Origin: Perkinsus chesapeaki ATCC PRA-425
Lineage: Eukaryota; Protista; Perkinsozoa
Assembly (NCBI GenBank): GCA_013115145.1
Contig: JAAPAO010000008.1
Location: forward strand, 62,001 to 126,000
Length of the DNA: 64,000 nucleotides
Reading direction: 5' to 3'
Shown here: piece by piece, positions 11,483 to 30,932 of the stretch
Layout of the letters: every line of letters starts with the position of its first letter
How positions within the stretch are numbered: the first letter of the stretch is position 1
The notes under the pieces: model-generated
Seen by the model: only the letters and a program-made list of their open reading frames with translations
Database searches by the model: none
Told to the model about the DNA's origin: nothing
Position numbers and translations under genes: made by a program

Positions 11483-13446
11483 CACATGTAGTTGTAAAAG
11501 GCCGTAAGGGCCTAGATATTTCTATTAGTACTCCTGCACTACCAATAAGGTAGCTGATACGATTTATTCATAACCGTAAGACGTAGACATTGTTACTATT
11601 AACGTCTCATAATAGGGGTACTATCTCAATGCTATGTGAACTGTTCTACCATTGTCATCCTGATCATCAACCAAATACTGCTCTATGTGTCCTGGTTACA
11701 TAGCCGATCCTGTTATTACCATCATCATGCAGTGTCATATTAGTCATGTCGTTCTTCTCTGAGGGATTCTCCCTCAAACTCTGTGCTAGACCCTGATGCG
11801 GTTCGCCTTGTAGAGGCTTCCAATTGTAGCGATTTTTCAAACATTTTTTGGATGCCGTATTGGCACTTGGCAGTATAACGACATTATAGACCTGGCCGTG
11901 ACCGTCACCATCGAAAGTTTGACTTGACCATCATCATCAGCAGCAGCAGTAGTGACGAGCTACTGCGGGCAACATGCCGTCTATGTCGGTCTACTGACCT
12001 CCTCTGGAGATACGGCTTTGAATGTACTTGGTGGTTGCTGTGTCTCCATCAGCCTGGTTATCCTTTCTTTGCTTGTTGTGTGTCTTCCTCCTTATTCTCG
12101 TACTATTGTTGAAGCTAAGGCTACTATGTAGTATCTTATTATGGATTAGCTTTTGAAGTAGGAGAAGACATATCTGCCCCCCCATCGAGCATGCAATGCT
12201 AGAGTTATCTGACCTGAGACTACTTTATGGGACTAGTTGGGCTCCTGGTAAGCAGCAGCAGTTGTACCGGTAGCACTGTAACCATGTTGTGACGTGCTGT
12301 TGCTGGCTTAGCGAGTTTCCGTAGTAATCTGATTAAGTTTCAGACAAGTTGATATATTCCCTGTTGTGCTGTCCAAAGGGCATCTCTCGCCAGTACTGAA
12401 AGTCTAGGGCAGATTTACGGAACCAGCAGTTGAAACTTTTGTGTTTGTATGCCGTCCCGTTTAATAATACCTGCGCGCCTTCCCCGATCGCACATTCCTA
12501 TCGTACCGGACACTGGAGGTGAGGTAGAGCGGATGGCGCGGCCTACAAGTGGCGTTATGTGTAGAGTCTCCGGCGTTAATTGACCACTCAGTATTTGATT
12601 CGGACGTTATGGATTCCGCCGGTGTCCCGGGTGTTCGAGCCCCACCGGTATCACCTGTTTCTAACAGCAGGAGTATTGAGGAATCGCCCTCAACAGAGCA
12701 GGTAGTGGGTATGGTCTGTTACGGCAAGGAGCAGCAGCTCTGGTGTTAGGAGCTTAATACCCCGGAGGAAGTAGCGCCGAAACAGACATCCAGGATAGGC
12801 AATTTCTGGGTAGCCGTCCAGCTGCCAGGGGGTGCCTAGGGTTACTGTTGTTCTGTTGTTAGTCTTTATTAGCAGCATATGCTCGGCGAGTTGTGTCGGC
12901 AGCCTGTCCCCAGTCATGTCGTCCAGGCAGTGGTATAGAGCTTACTAGGTCTGGGATGGTTGGGAGGCCTGCTCATGTCTGTGTGGCTGAAGTAGCGGTT
13001 GATGTTGATGTTATATTGACTGGTAGTACGGGTTTGGGGGGGGCACAGTAACAGTAGAAAGGAGCTGACAATGCTCAACAATGGGCTATAAAAGTCTTGA
13101 GGGTTCTTCGACGTCTTCCTCTATATGTGACATGACTGGTGGGTAGTTGTTAGTATTAATGGACGTGTTGTAAAAGGATGTGTGTTAATGACGTGGTTGC
13201 CTTTTCGGTATACATTATGGAGACTCCATTAACGCCGCCGCCACTGCCTTTCCGGAGGCAGGGGACGTCGTTACGCGGCAGCGCTTGATTTAATTCATAA
13301 CGCTAGAAATGGGAAGGTCTGCCGTGGTCTATGGTGGATTCGGTATAAAAGCCAGTAGGGAACGTATTGATTGATTGTATAGCGGAAACTAAGGCTAAAG
13401 GCATGCGGTGCTCCCAAAGATAGTCTGACGCTCGTGGTCGACAGAC

Positions 13447-14206
13447 ATGTTCACTTCAGTTCGCTCGTGGTGGCCAAGTGATCTATCAATCGAGGAAGTA
13501 CGCGAGCATGGCCTGAACCAGGCCCATGCATCGGCCAGGCAGTGGTGGAGTGAGCACTACTTGGAGTTTGTGAATCAAAGAAGGGCATTGCAGCAACAGC
13601 CTCAATATTTTAAAGTGAGTCCCTTGCTCATGTTGACGGGGATTACTAGTATCATTTCATTGTGTCATTCTGTCTGCCATAGTATCTTTCATAGGTGGAA
13701 TATACAACGCAATATAACCACATGTCCGCTGCTGCTTTCGATCAGGTGCCCACGGATGCCGATGTAGTTAAACGCGACCTCCTACCGCTGGTGGTTCGCT
13801 TTGAAGATGATGATGATGGTGATGACGATGATTCGGCCACATGGTCCACGCCCCGGTCCCAGGCAGTAGATATGGAATGTGCTATATGTCTTGAGTCTAA
13901 CAGTGATTGTCGGTTACGAACTTGCCAGCATGGCTTCCACCACGAATGCTTGACCAAATGGTTCTGCAAATCTCGAAAGTACGCCTCCTGTCGATTAACT
14001 GTCACTTGTTATTATTCTTTTGCAGACTATGTTGCCCCCTTTGTCGGTCCTCTTTGGACACTTATATTCCCGAGCACATTCGACATAAAGCCTCGGAGAT
14101 AGTAGAGGAAGAGGTAGTGATAGTGGGAGGGACGTGTGTGGGGTATGGTGGTAGTGTCAGGTCATGCATCCGGAAGTTATTACATTACGAGTTGAAGAAG
14201 GCGTGA
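13447..14206 (+). CDS. RING-H2 zinc-finger protein (probable E3 ligase), 3 exons
   Basis: Spliced CAICLESNSDCRLRTCQHGFHHECLTKWFCKSRK|LCCPLCR is a C3H2C3 RING. Confidence 0.85.
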
Positions 14207-14481
14207 TCGAGCCCAATGATTCTGAAGCTTCACCTGTGAATGGTTCCTTATAGGATTATCAGTTACTAGGCACATTAGAAGATAGTTTTTATTTTTATTA
14301 TATATAGGGCGCACTTGCCCTTCCCAAAGGAACTGGTTATGGTATGCTTAGTAGTACAATTACGCTACTTTCTTATTATTATTCAACCTAGGTATAAGAC
14401 CTATATAGGCAGCACTAACTTTACTAAACTCTGTCTTGTGTTAAGTCTCTATAAATAGTAAGCAGTTCCTCTGCTTTTGTG

Positions 14482-16373
14482 ATGTCTCTTCGCGGTCTAT
14501 CTGCCCGACAGAGTGCGCTAGTTAGCGACTTTGCAGATGTCAGCGGTACAGGGGAACAGGTCGGTGTGGTTGTCTCTTGTGTACTGGATGTCATCTTCAC
14601 ATCTCCACAGATAGCATGCTCTTACCTACAGCGCTCCAACTGGTCTCTAGAAGGCGCTCTTGACATGTTTTATCAGGACGGTGCACCGGGGGCCTGCGAG
14701 GCCAATGACCGGAGCGGTAGTGAGGGAAAAGCCTGGTGTGGATTTAGTAGAATGAGTATGTCAGATACTGACAGTGATGGTCGCCATTACAGATCGCATC
14801 GGTCGTTGAATAAGAAGTTTAAAGTAGGTCTTTAAAGGAACGCCTTTGGGGGCGTTAGGACTTCTGACGGAAAATCGATGCCTGTGCGTGTACAGCTTGC
14901 TGGAACAGCAGGCGCATGTTTCCATTTCTTTCTTCTTCTTCAACAACACTATGCTTCCAAGCCAGAGAGGTTTGAGTAGATGGGTTACTGGCCTTGGAGG
15001 GGGTTGCTGGGGGCTCGGCAGCAGCACCGACACCCACGTGGGGTTGTTGCGTCCAGATAGAGTCCACCTTAACTCTGGGCTCAGGCCCTGCCAGCTGGTT
15101 GTTGCCGGATTCCTTGGGTTTTGCCATGGGGAGGGGTTGGGTATCGGGCCTGGGGACAAGGGGTCCTTATACCATGTTCAAGTAAAGACCAAGCAACGCT
15201 ATATCGGGAACTCTTTACTGTGGGCTTCAACTGCCCTTCCCGGGCAACAGCAAAAGTGCTTGCTGAAGTAGCGTTGTTTGGTCTTTCTTCTCGGTATAGA
15301 AGGCCCTCGTATGTGGTGTTACACTGGTGTTTCTCCTTTGCAGTATTGCTTTGTTGTGTTCCACCACCATAATTAATGCCCAGCCCTCCGACTAAGCGGG
15401 TGAAGCGATCGGCGGCGAGGGGAGCAGCTCAATCTCGTGAAACTCCCGACAAGCGAGACCATCGCCTTCTACGTCGGAAGGTAGACGCTGAAAATGTCGA
15501 AAATTCCGCGGGGCATTTCCGGTGCTATTGGGACGCTTACTTGATCAGGTTAACAACACTAAGCTTGGGAGGTTCTTTTCAAACTATGCCACGTCGGAGG
15601 GATCGGAGGGCCAGGAAGCTATAGGCATTGATGGGATTGAACGGTAGGGGGGTGCAGTGGATGGAGGGTATGGGGATGTTAGGTTATGCGGGGACCTGGG
15701 CAATGACCCTATGGACGAGGCCTGGTTAACGATAGCATTCTATTGCCAGGCGGAGACCATGGGGGAGTTTACTAAGTAACAGAGATGGGCTACGGCTGTA
15801 TAGGGAGTTGGGGCGTAGGTCCGAATGGCTGAATGGAATGCAACGTATTGGAGTGGACTCTATGGAAGGGCTAAGGGATGCCTTACCGGAGCTACGGAAG
15901 GAGATTGATGAAGATCGCAGTACAAGCGAGCAGATTTACCGGTATGCCTTCACCTACTCCCTGGACTCGGGGGCAAAGACGCTACCGGTAGGAGTGTTGC
16001 CCCGCCATCTTGCTGGTGATGATGGTTCAGATTGAGGGATGCATGCAACTTTGGAGCATTTTCTTGAAGCCCTATTGGTCACTTTATCCCCAATGGGAGC
16101 AGTTTGTTAAGGATGAGTGTCGCCATAACGTCAGCAAAGACACGTGAGCCTCCGTCCCCCCCCTCCCGCTGTTGCTGCTGCTGTTAGTTGGCATACCTCA
16201 GATACCAGATGTTGTGGGAGGCATCCACGGGAGCAATGCGTGATGAAGCCACGCTGAGGTCAGACTACGACATATCTGGTGGGGCCTGGCCGGTCATGCT
16301 GGATGACTTCTACACATGGTTTGTCGATCCTGGTCGAAAGGACGGCAGCAGTAGTGATGTGGAAATGCAATAG
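14482..16373 (+). CDS. DCN1: DCN1-like NEDD8 E3 co-factor (UBA-like N-terminus, extra internal region, cullin-binding/PONY domain)
   Basis: N-terminus SALVSDFADVSGTGEQ|IACSYLQRSNWSLEGALDMFYQ is UBA-like. C-terminus AIGIDGIER|LCGDLG, GEFTK|SEWLNGMQRIGVDSMEGL, IYRYAFTYS, KTLP, VSKDT|YQML, GAWPVMLDDF. Joining of the middle exons is less certain. Confidence 0.8.
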
Positions 16374-16472
16374 GCTAGTTTGATTGCTATGTACCACTTT
16401 GTTTGCTTTTCTCTCTTGCCCGTAATGATTCGAGTTGATGCATCCCCCCATTGTGTTCCTCAAGCAGGCTTT

Positions 16473-18289
16473 ATGTCGACCGATTGGTGCTCTGTTGTAC
16501 TGGCAGGAGCATCAGCCTTTGGATGCGCCGCAGTAGCCGTCGGCGGTGGGATAGGTGGAGGTACTACATGGATCTGGCAGCACTCGGAAGCTTCCTTTAG
16601 GAGCCCTTTATATGCCAGCCTTTGTGGCTCTGATGGGAGATGCACACTGGGCAGTGCCTTTGTCCAAGGTTGCCATCAACGGTGTGGCTGTCAGTGCCAC
16701 TATCTTCAATATAGGTCAGAGGCATCCTATATATGACCAGGTGCAGAATGGCTATTTCCTGGCCCGCTGAGATGCTCTATTTGTCAGCCACTAATAGACC
16801 TTGATGTCGGCTTATTGATGGAGCCAGCGACCTTAGTGGGGGCTATGCTTGGGGTGTACTTGAACGTGATCATGACGAGCGTTCAGATTCTCACCTGTCT
16901 GGTGTTGGTTCTTTCAGCCACGGCGATACTAGCGTAACTTGTCTGTTTTGAGAGGCATTGTAACGGTCCTTTACAGCCTTCGTAAGGCTATTCAGCGTCG
17001 AGAGCAAGAGGGTGATATTGTGGTCGATGGAGGGATGACAGAGCTCAGGCTATTGGGGGTAGCTGCTGGCATTCCTTCAGTGAGATGGGCTGCCATGGCA
17101 ACTTTACCTTTCAGAGATATCTTTGGCGCTTAAGGATCCTTTTGCGTAGTTGAAAGTACATTCTTAAAATGGCTCCCTTATTTCGCTGAATTGGAGACCT
17201 TAAGCGCAAAAGGTTTCTGGAACGTGTAAAGGGACTTGGGCTTTCAGAGCATGCCGTTGATGCTGGAAGTAGACAAGATCGTTCACGAGGAGAGTGTGTT
17301 CCAACCTTTGAAGGCGTGGGCGCTGTTTGTGGTGTGGTTGGCTAATGGTAATGTGATCCTCACTGGTGTGATAATGCTCGGTGCACCTTCAGGTGCCCTC
17401 CTCTATCTAGCTGAAGGCCCTGCTGAGCTACTGTGTGGGGACACTGCTCAGAAGGTGCTGTCCTTCTATTTGGGGGGCAATGATGGAGCGTTGTGTTGGT
17501 TATTAGGCTATGATCTCTACTGTCATTCTGCTGTGTGTGCTTGTCACTATAGTAGTCCGGGAGCGGCTCCTTCAGCGGCAGTAGTGACATTGGGCACTTG
17601 AGATGGACCTGTCTTCTATAGATTAATAAAGGATGAAGCCTGCCTTCCGAAGACCAGTGTTGTTTACACCAAAGCCAATACTATCATATATCCCTTTTTA
17701 AGCTGCTTTGCTGGGGTCTGTGCAGGATGCCTTGGCATAGGCGGTGGTCTTATCAAGGTACTCGAGTGGATGGTGCAAGCCATCCCGGCAGGAGCAGGCT
17801 GTGTCTAGGGCCCCCTTATGCTCCAGCTTGGCATGCTTCCGCAGGCTGCCACCGCCACTAGTATTTGGATGATTCTGTTTACCTCTAGCAGTAGGCAGCT
17901 CCATCACTGGGCTGAGTCCAGGGGCCGGCCCCACTCAGGTACGTCGCTGCAGTTCGCCTTGATGGGCCGCCTATTGCTACTGCCGTCTGTGGCTGTATGG
18001 GTCCTGAGTTTCAGTGGTGCATGGGTTGGCAGTCGTTTGCTGGTTACAAGACTTCATCGATCTGGCAGACAGTCTACTGTGGCCTTCCTAATGGGTAACT
18101 ACACTTGTCACCTTCCCCTGCCTTCCCTGTATCTTTCCAGCCGCTCTTATACTGCTATCGATGTTATGCATGGTGGGTGTGTTCATTTATGAGCATTCCC
18201 AAGGGACAGCTGGTGGAGGGCTACGGAGTAAATCTGACCTAACTCCCAGTGAAGTGTGTGAGCTCATGAGACGCCGAGGGCCTATTTGA
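16473..18289 (+). CDS. TauE/SafE-family (sulfite exporter-like) multi-pass membrane protein
   Basis: Duplicated Gly motifs AVGGGIGGG|ALYMP and AGCLGIGGG|GPLMLQLGMLPQAATATS, plus AVPLSKVAI, RHP, LLMEPATLVGAMLGV. This is the two-repeat TauE layout. Confidence 0.85.
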
Positions 18290-18386
18290 CGTCGTCATGC
18301 CCATGGACCATCGTTTCCTTTATCAAGCTCAGTTTGTTTTGTTAAGTCGATTTCTTCCTGTTTGTTAAGGCTATTGTTATTGCGTC

Positions 18387-21029
18387 ATGTCGCGCTGTCG
18401 GCATGTCAGCCAGTGGGCATCGGTAGTGAAGAGTCGGTTGAAGCGGCATTGGCAAGAGGCCACACTAGTAGAGTTCAGCGGTTCCCTTGGGGACCTTGGC
18501 ACCTTCATTCCCCTTGCAGTAGGAATGTCAGTGACGGCAGGTATCGATCGATAGCATCATCCGCCACCTGGCTCGTACCTTGTATCAGGCCTCGACTTTA
18601 GCACCATCCTCATCTTTACCGGCATCTACAATGTAGCCTCTGGCATCCTATTTGATGCCCCAATACCCGTCCAACCCATGAAGACCATAGCGGCAGCAGC
18701 AATAGCTCAAGGGGTGGGGGCGGCGGTGGTTGGCATCTCTGTTGGACTCTTTCTGCCTGCCTGCCTCAGCTGTCCCTCGGTGCGGTGGCCGCCGCTGGTA
18801 TCTTTGTTTCTGCAGTGGTGCTCGTACTTGGCATTTTTAAGTAGGCTATTTTCCCCAGTGACTCGGGTGACTTCTTTTTGTCAGTTTAACAAGGCTATTA
18901 GAGTACATGATCCCGATGTCTATTGTAAGGGGAATACAGCTTGGTCTGGCAGTATCGCTCTTTAAAAAGGGATATACGTAATAGTAGCGGGAATGATGCC
19001 TGGTCGAGGTTTGCTGGTTAGGACTCTTTTGGTCCGCACCTCGGCTGGCTCGCTGGTATGGAACCCCTTCGAGCAGGTGGACTCGTTCACCCTGGCATTG
19101 CTGATCTCTGTAAGCCGTCCTCCTCCTTGCCGTCGTGGCGGTGTTGCTGGTACTCTTCTTCGCAACATTGGAGATGTCGTTATCTAGATGGTACATGGAT
19201 GCTCTTTACAATGAATGAAGTGGTCTAACAATTACTTCGCATTACCGATTGTGACGTAATCCATTAGGGTAGGGGCCAGGAGGAGGAGGAGTGTGATATC
19301 GTTATTATAGAGGCGGCGGCGGCTACAGACTACTACTTTGCATAATTGTCCTATTTTACGCCTTTTGCGCCTTAGGCGGGCGGAGTGTCACTTATGGGGT
19401 GAACATGCCAAGTCATTACGCCACACGCTTTTAGTGTTGCTCGGCGAATTACGGCGAAATGCATGTTGAGGAACTTGGACCCATCTGGGTGCCCGGCTCG
19501 CTTCTTTGCCAAAACCTCCCAACCAGTCTCTAACGCCTTCCTTCGAGAGGGAGGGATTTCCCCGTCAGTTCTTCTGAGGACAGCCTATTGACTTACAATC
19601 TCCAGCGTTGCATTATTCGTCGTATTAACATGATAAGGGCAAGTAGGGAAGTCCGCAGCTTGACCCTTTCGTGGCCCTGAAGGAAGGTCGCTATGCTTTA
19701 TGCAGGTCACACTACTGATTCTGCTCAACTTGTCCCCGCCCCTTCGCATCCCCCCACCGGCCGCTTTAATAGTATTTATTTTTGGCCTTATCATTGTCAT
19801 TGCGGCACACTGGTCTGAAATACCACTCCATCAGTTCGGCCCGAGCGTCTCGGTGATCACTATCACCGGAGAAGACTGGCTGGAAGGTGCAACTTGCCGC
19901 CTCGGCTTCTCGTCCAACCCTCTCTACCATATCCAGGAATCGTCAACGGCGGCTTGCCCCAGTTGCCCTTGACCCTCCTCAACTCGGTCATATCGGTCTG
20001 TGCTTTGGCAAGGGAGCTCTTCGGGGCGGATTGCAACGGGGGTAGCACTAAGCACATGGCGGTTAGTGTTGGTAGGGCGGGAAAGGGCCGGATGGGGACA
20101 GATGGATTGTGCAGGTGTTATGAACCTGGTCGGCTGCTGGTTCGGTGCAATGCCGTGCTGTCATGGTTGTGGTGGCCTGGCAGCTCAGTACAGGTTTGGA
20201 GCGCGAACTGGAACTAGCGTTGTTATGCTGGGTAGTAGAGGGGCGCAGAAAAAGGTCCCAAGCGCCGAGTTGTTAGATTATCGCTTCCTTCATGGGCTCC
20301 TCTTGGCAGGTATCTTGAAGCTGATAATAGGCCTAGTTTTCGGGCCTCAGCTTCTGCATATCCTCACCGTCTATCCAGGGGCTGTTCTTGGACCAATGCT
20401 CTGTATAGCAGCGGGAGAGCTGGGGGTGCAAGCTCTTAAACAGACGGGGAGCCTCACACTGGAGTTGAAGGGTAGGAAGGATTTAAGCCGAGACAGGGGC
20501 AAGCATCCTACATCTCCCTTGCGGAGTAGCTACATTGACGATGTATTATAATCTAGCTCCACGCTACACGTGCTCAAGCAATTATGGTCTCATGTAGGCT
20601 TAAAGTAGTTAGTATTTCCCTACTACCAATGCTATGGGACCAACCCTAAAGATACTGTAGATTTCGGATTCCAGTCTTCTGTGGAGAGCCCATCCTCAGA
20701 CCCCTCCCTGGCATCCTGGTTATTGTTCATGACTGCAGCAGCATGTGTGGCCAGCGGGTCCACTGGCTGGGGCTTTGCTATCGGTTACGGCATTTGGCTC
20801 ACTGTAGTGTCGGTACGTTTGGTGGCAAAGCGCTGGTAAGTCAAGGACCACGCTTTGGAGGTAACACTGTCGTCTCTGCAGCTGTGGAAACATCGGCTCG
20901 ACACCGTCCCGGGAGGACCTGGAAGAAGCGTTGTCCGACGGCGCAGTGGCTGCTCATGGTGCTTGCGGGGTCGAGTCACCTGGAGGCTGCTCGGGAACCT
21001 GCGCTAATTCAGCTGTCTCGAAGGTTTGA
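18387..21029 (+). CDS. MOT1/MOT2-family molybdate transporter
   Basis: EFSGSLGDLGTFIPL, GIYNVASGILFDAPIPVQPMKTIAAAAI, IPMSIVRGIQLGL, GGLPQLPLTLLNSVISVCALARELF, GAMPCCHGCGGLAAQYRFGARTG, GAVLGPML. Contains a 596-nt intron (19110-19705). Confidence 0.9.
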
Positions 21030-21132
21030 CGTATATTTATGAGCTTCTTGTGAGTTTCTTACACTGTGCTTGGCTGCCTTCTGTTCGGTTACGCTTGCTG
21101 TGAGCTTGCCGGGGCAGGTGTTTGCCTAATTA

Positions 21133-23010
21133 ATGACGGGAGAGTCGGCATTCCTTCGGCAAAAGGTATCGAATCTGAAGGAGGAGCTCCGGAAGCAGAA
21201 GGAGCTCAATCTCACCCTGCAGACGGTCGACAGGAAGAAGGCCGAGGAGGAGCAGGGAAGGCTTAAGAAAGCGTAAGAATCTTCGGGGAGCCCTCATTGC
21301 ACGCCCTCAGAGGGCTGCTGCGCTTTGGGTGCTTTCTGTGGTGGCATTGGACCGAAGTCTCAGTCGGTTTGGTGGTGTCAGATTGTCGGTGGTTATGAGC
21401 GGCCAATGCCTCCTTCGTTCCTGGTTCTCTCCACGGGTACTGCTGTCAGTGTAGCTCACAAGGCATTGTTAGCAAAGCCTTTAATAGTCCAACAACTCTT
21501 CCAGCCTCCCGTCTCTGTGGCAGGTACGACGACTTGCAGTCTGAGACGGTACAGATGCGGCTTGAGTTGGAGGAATTTAGAAAGCAGCAAGAGAAGGAGG
21601 CCGCCGCTGGGGAGATGCAGGAGGGGGATGATGCAGTCCTGGGCATGGGGGACCTGGACGAAGCGGCACAGTTGAGGGAGGCACTTGACGTAATGATACG
21701 GGCGGACACCTGGTGTGGGACGTTGGGTCCTTCAGGCGGAAAGGGAGCGATGCCAAGCTCTTGAGAGCCGATTGATGGAAGTGCAGAGCCAGGGGTGGTC
21801 GGCTGGGTCGGCTGCAGCAGCAGCATCGCCGCCGCCAGGGATTGACGTTGAGGCCGCAGTGGCACAGGCCTTGGGTGGTGGTGGTGGTGGCAGCCAGGGT
21901 GTGAGGGAGGACAGCGATGCGGAGGGGACGGCTAAGGGAAAGAAACGGAAAAGAAAGGAAGGGCATAAGAAAAAGGAAATTAAGAGCAAGAAGAAAAAAC
22001 ACAAGGAGCATCCCTTAGAAGAGCCGGCAGACGGTACCACCGCCGGGTCAAAGGGGACCTTTTAAGAGAGTGTTATTTCAGAAGTAGTGGAGGACCCGAT
22101 CGCGGGAGTGTTCCCCGCGCTCGACCGGGGAGATGTGGTGTCGGCATCTAAGCTTGTTTTGCGCTTCTGTTATGCCGGTCGCGCAGGCGATGAAATTGCA
22201 CTGCGAAATCGGTTGTCTTTGGTAAACCTCAAGCATCGCTTCGCTTTCATCGAGCTTTTCATTTAGGTGCTGTCTGAATGCGCGCTGCATCTCACAGGCA
22301 GCAAGGGGGGCGATGGCGTCCTATCTAGGATTTGCTCTCTGGCTATCTTGTCCACCAACGAGGTAGGCTTCTGGTCATCTATCTCCAGCATGCTGTGGCA
22401 GGTTCAACTGGTGGTGCGATCACTGTACTCATCGGGGCTGCAGCTGGCGGAGTCGGCACCGGACGCATGTCGGTTGATGATGAAGGCTCTGAAGGAGTGC
22501 TGTCGGAAGGTACGTTGAGACAGTCTCTCACGCTGGAGCCATTTTCTAGTTGAACCTGATTTCGCCGCTGGCATGCATACTGTGGCATCAGCAATGTGGC
22601 CCTCCTCGGTACCCGGCAGCCAAAGAGGCCTTGCTTGAAGGGGAGGCCTTCCAGTGCGACTTCGAGGCTGTCATCGAATCCAATCAGCCACCGTCAACCA
22701 AGAGCTTGTGTATGTTCCACGCTGCGCTTGTGGGGAGCTCCCTTTCCCCAGAGGAGCGGTACCAGCGAATTAGGCGGCTCGGTGAGAAGCATGGAGAACC
22801 GTAGGGAGGGGCATGGCCTTGTGACCGTGACGCTGTCTGATCAGGCTCGAAGTGAAGCGACGAGTTGTGGCTATGATACCGGCAGTTGGGGATCCAACGC
22901 CACTTCGGCTTGCTATCAACGAAGTCCTCTCCTGGCCAGATAATGTAGCCGGCAGGAGGGACCTGCTGGATTTCCTACAGGCTCATCTCTCGGCCATGCT
23001 GGCGACCTAG
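21133..23010 (+). CDS. Hypothetical protein: N-terminal coiled coil, Lys-rich basic patch, helical C-terminal region
   Basis: MTGESAFLRQKVSNLKEELRKQKEL (coiled coil), GKKRKRKEGHKKKEIKSKKKKHK, and in-phase GT-AG joins continuing to ...AHLSAMLAT, stop at 23008-23010. No family recognised. Confidence 0.55.
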
Positions 23011-23165
23011 CTCCACGTAAACTCCTGTACAGTTCCTCTCTCACATTTCACTTGGTACCATTACGTATAGTACTCACTGATTTCCCCTTCTGGTCTGTGT
23101 TGGTCCTTTTGGAGGGAGGGTTTGGTGGCGACTGCTTTGATCAGGATGCCATCTGTTTTGTAGCG

Positions 23166-30761
<7,596 letters not shown>

Positions 30762-30932
30762 ATATTGTATCATCAATGATTATTCAATGTACCCTTACTA
30801 CCCCAAAATGGAAGGTGGCAGATAAGATGCAAGATATGCTCATCAATCTGATGAAGTTAAACGTTCACTTTACCGATGTCCCTGTTGGGTTAGGAGAGTG
30901 TTCCTTAGGGGAGGCAGTTGGTTTTGATAAGC

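Noticed and set aside
11700-13100. Short ORFs and splice-like sites on both strands (e.g. MDSAGVPG... at ~12617; YGIQKMFEKSLQL on the minus strand)
   Set aside because: No consistent exon chain or recognisable domain could be built. Left unannotated pending RNA-seq.
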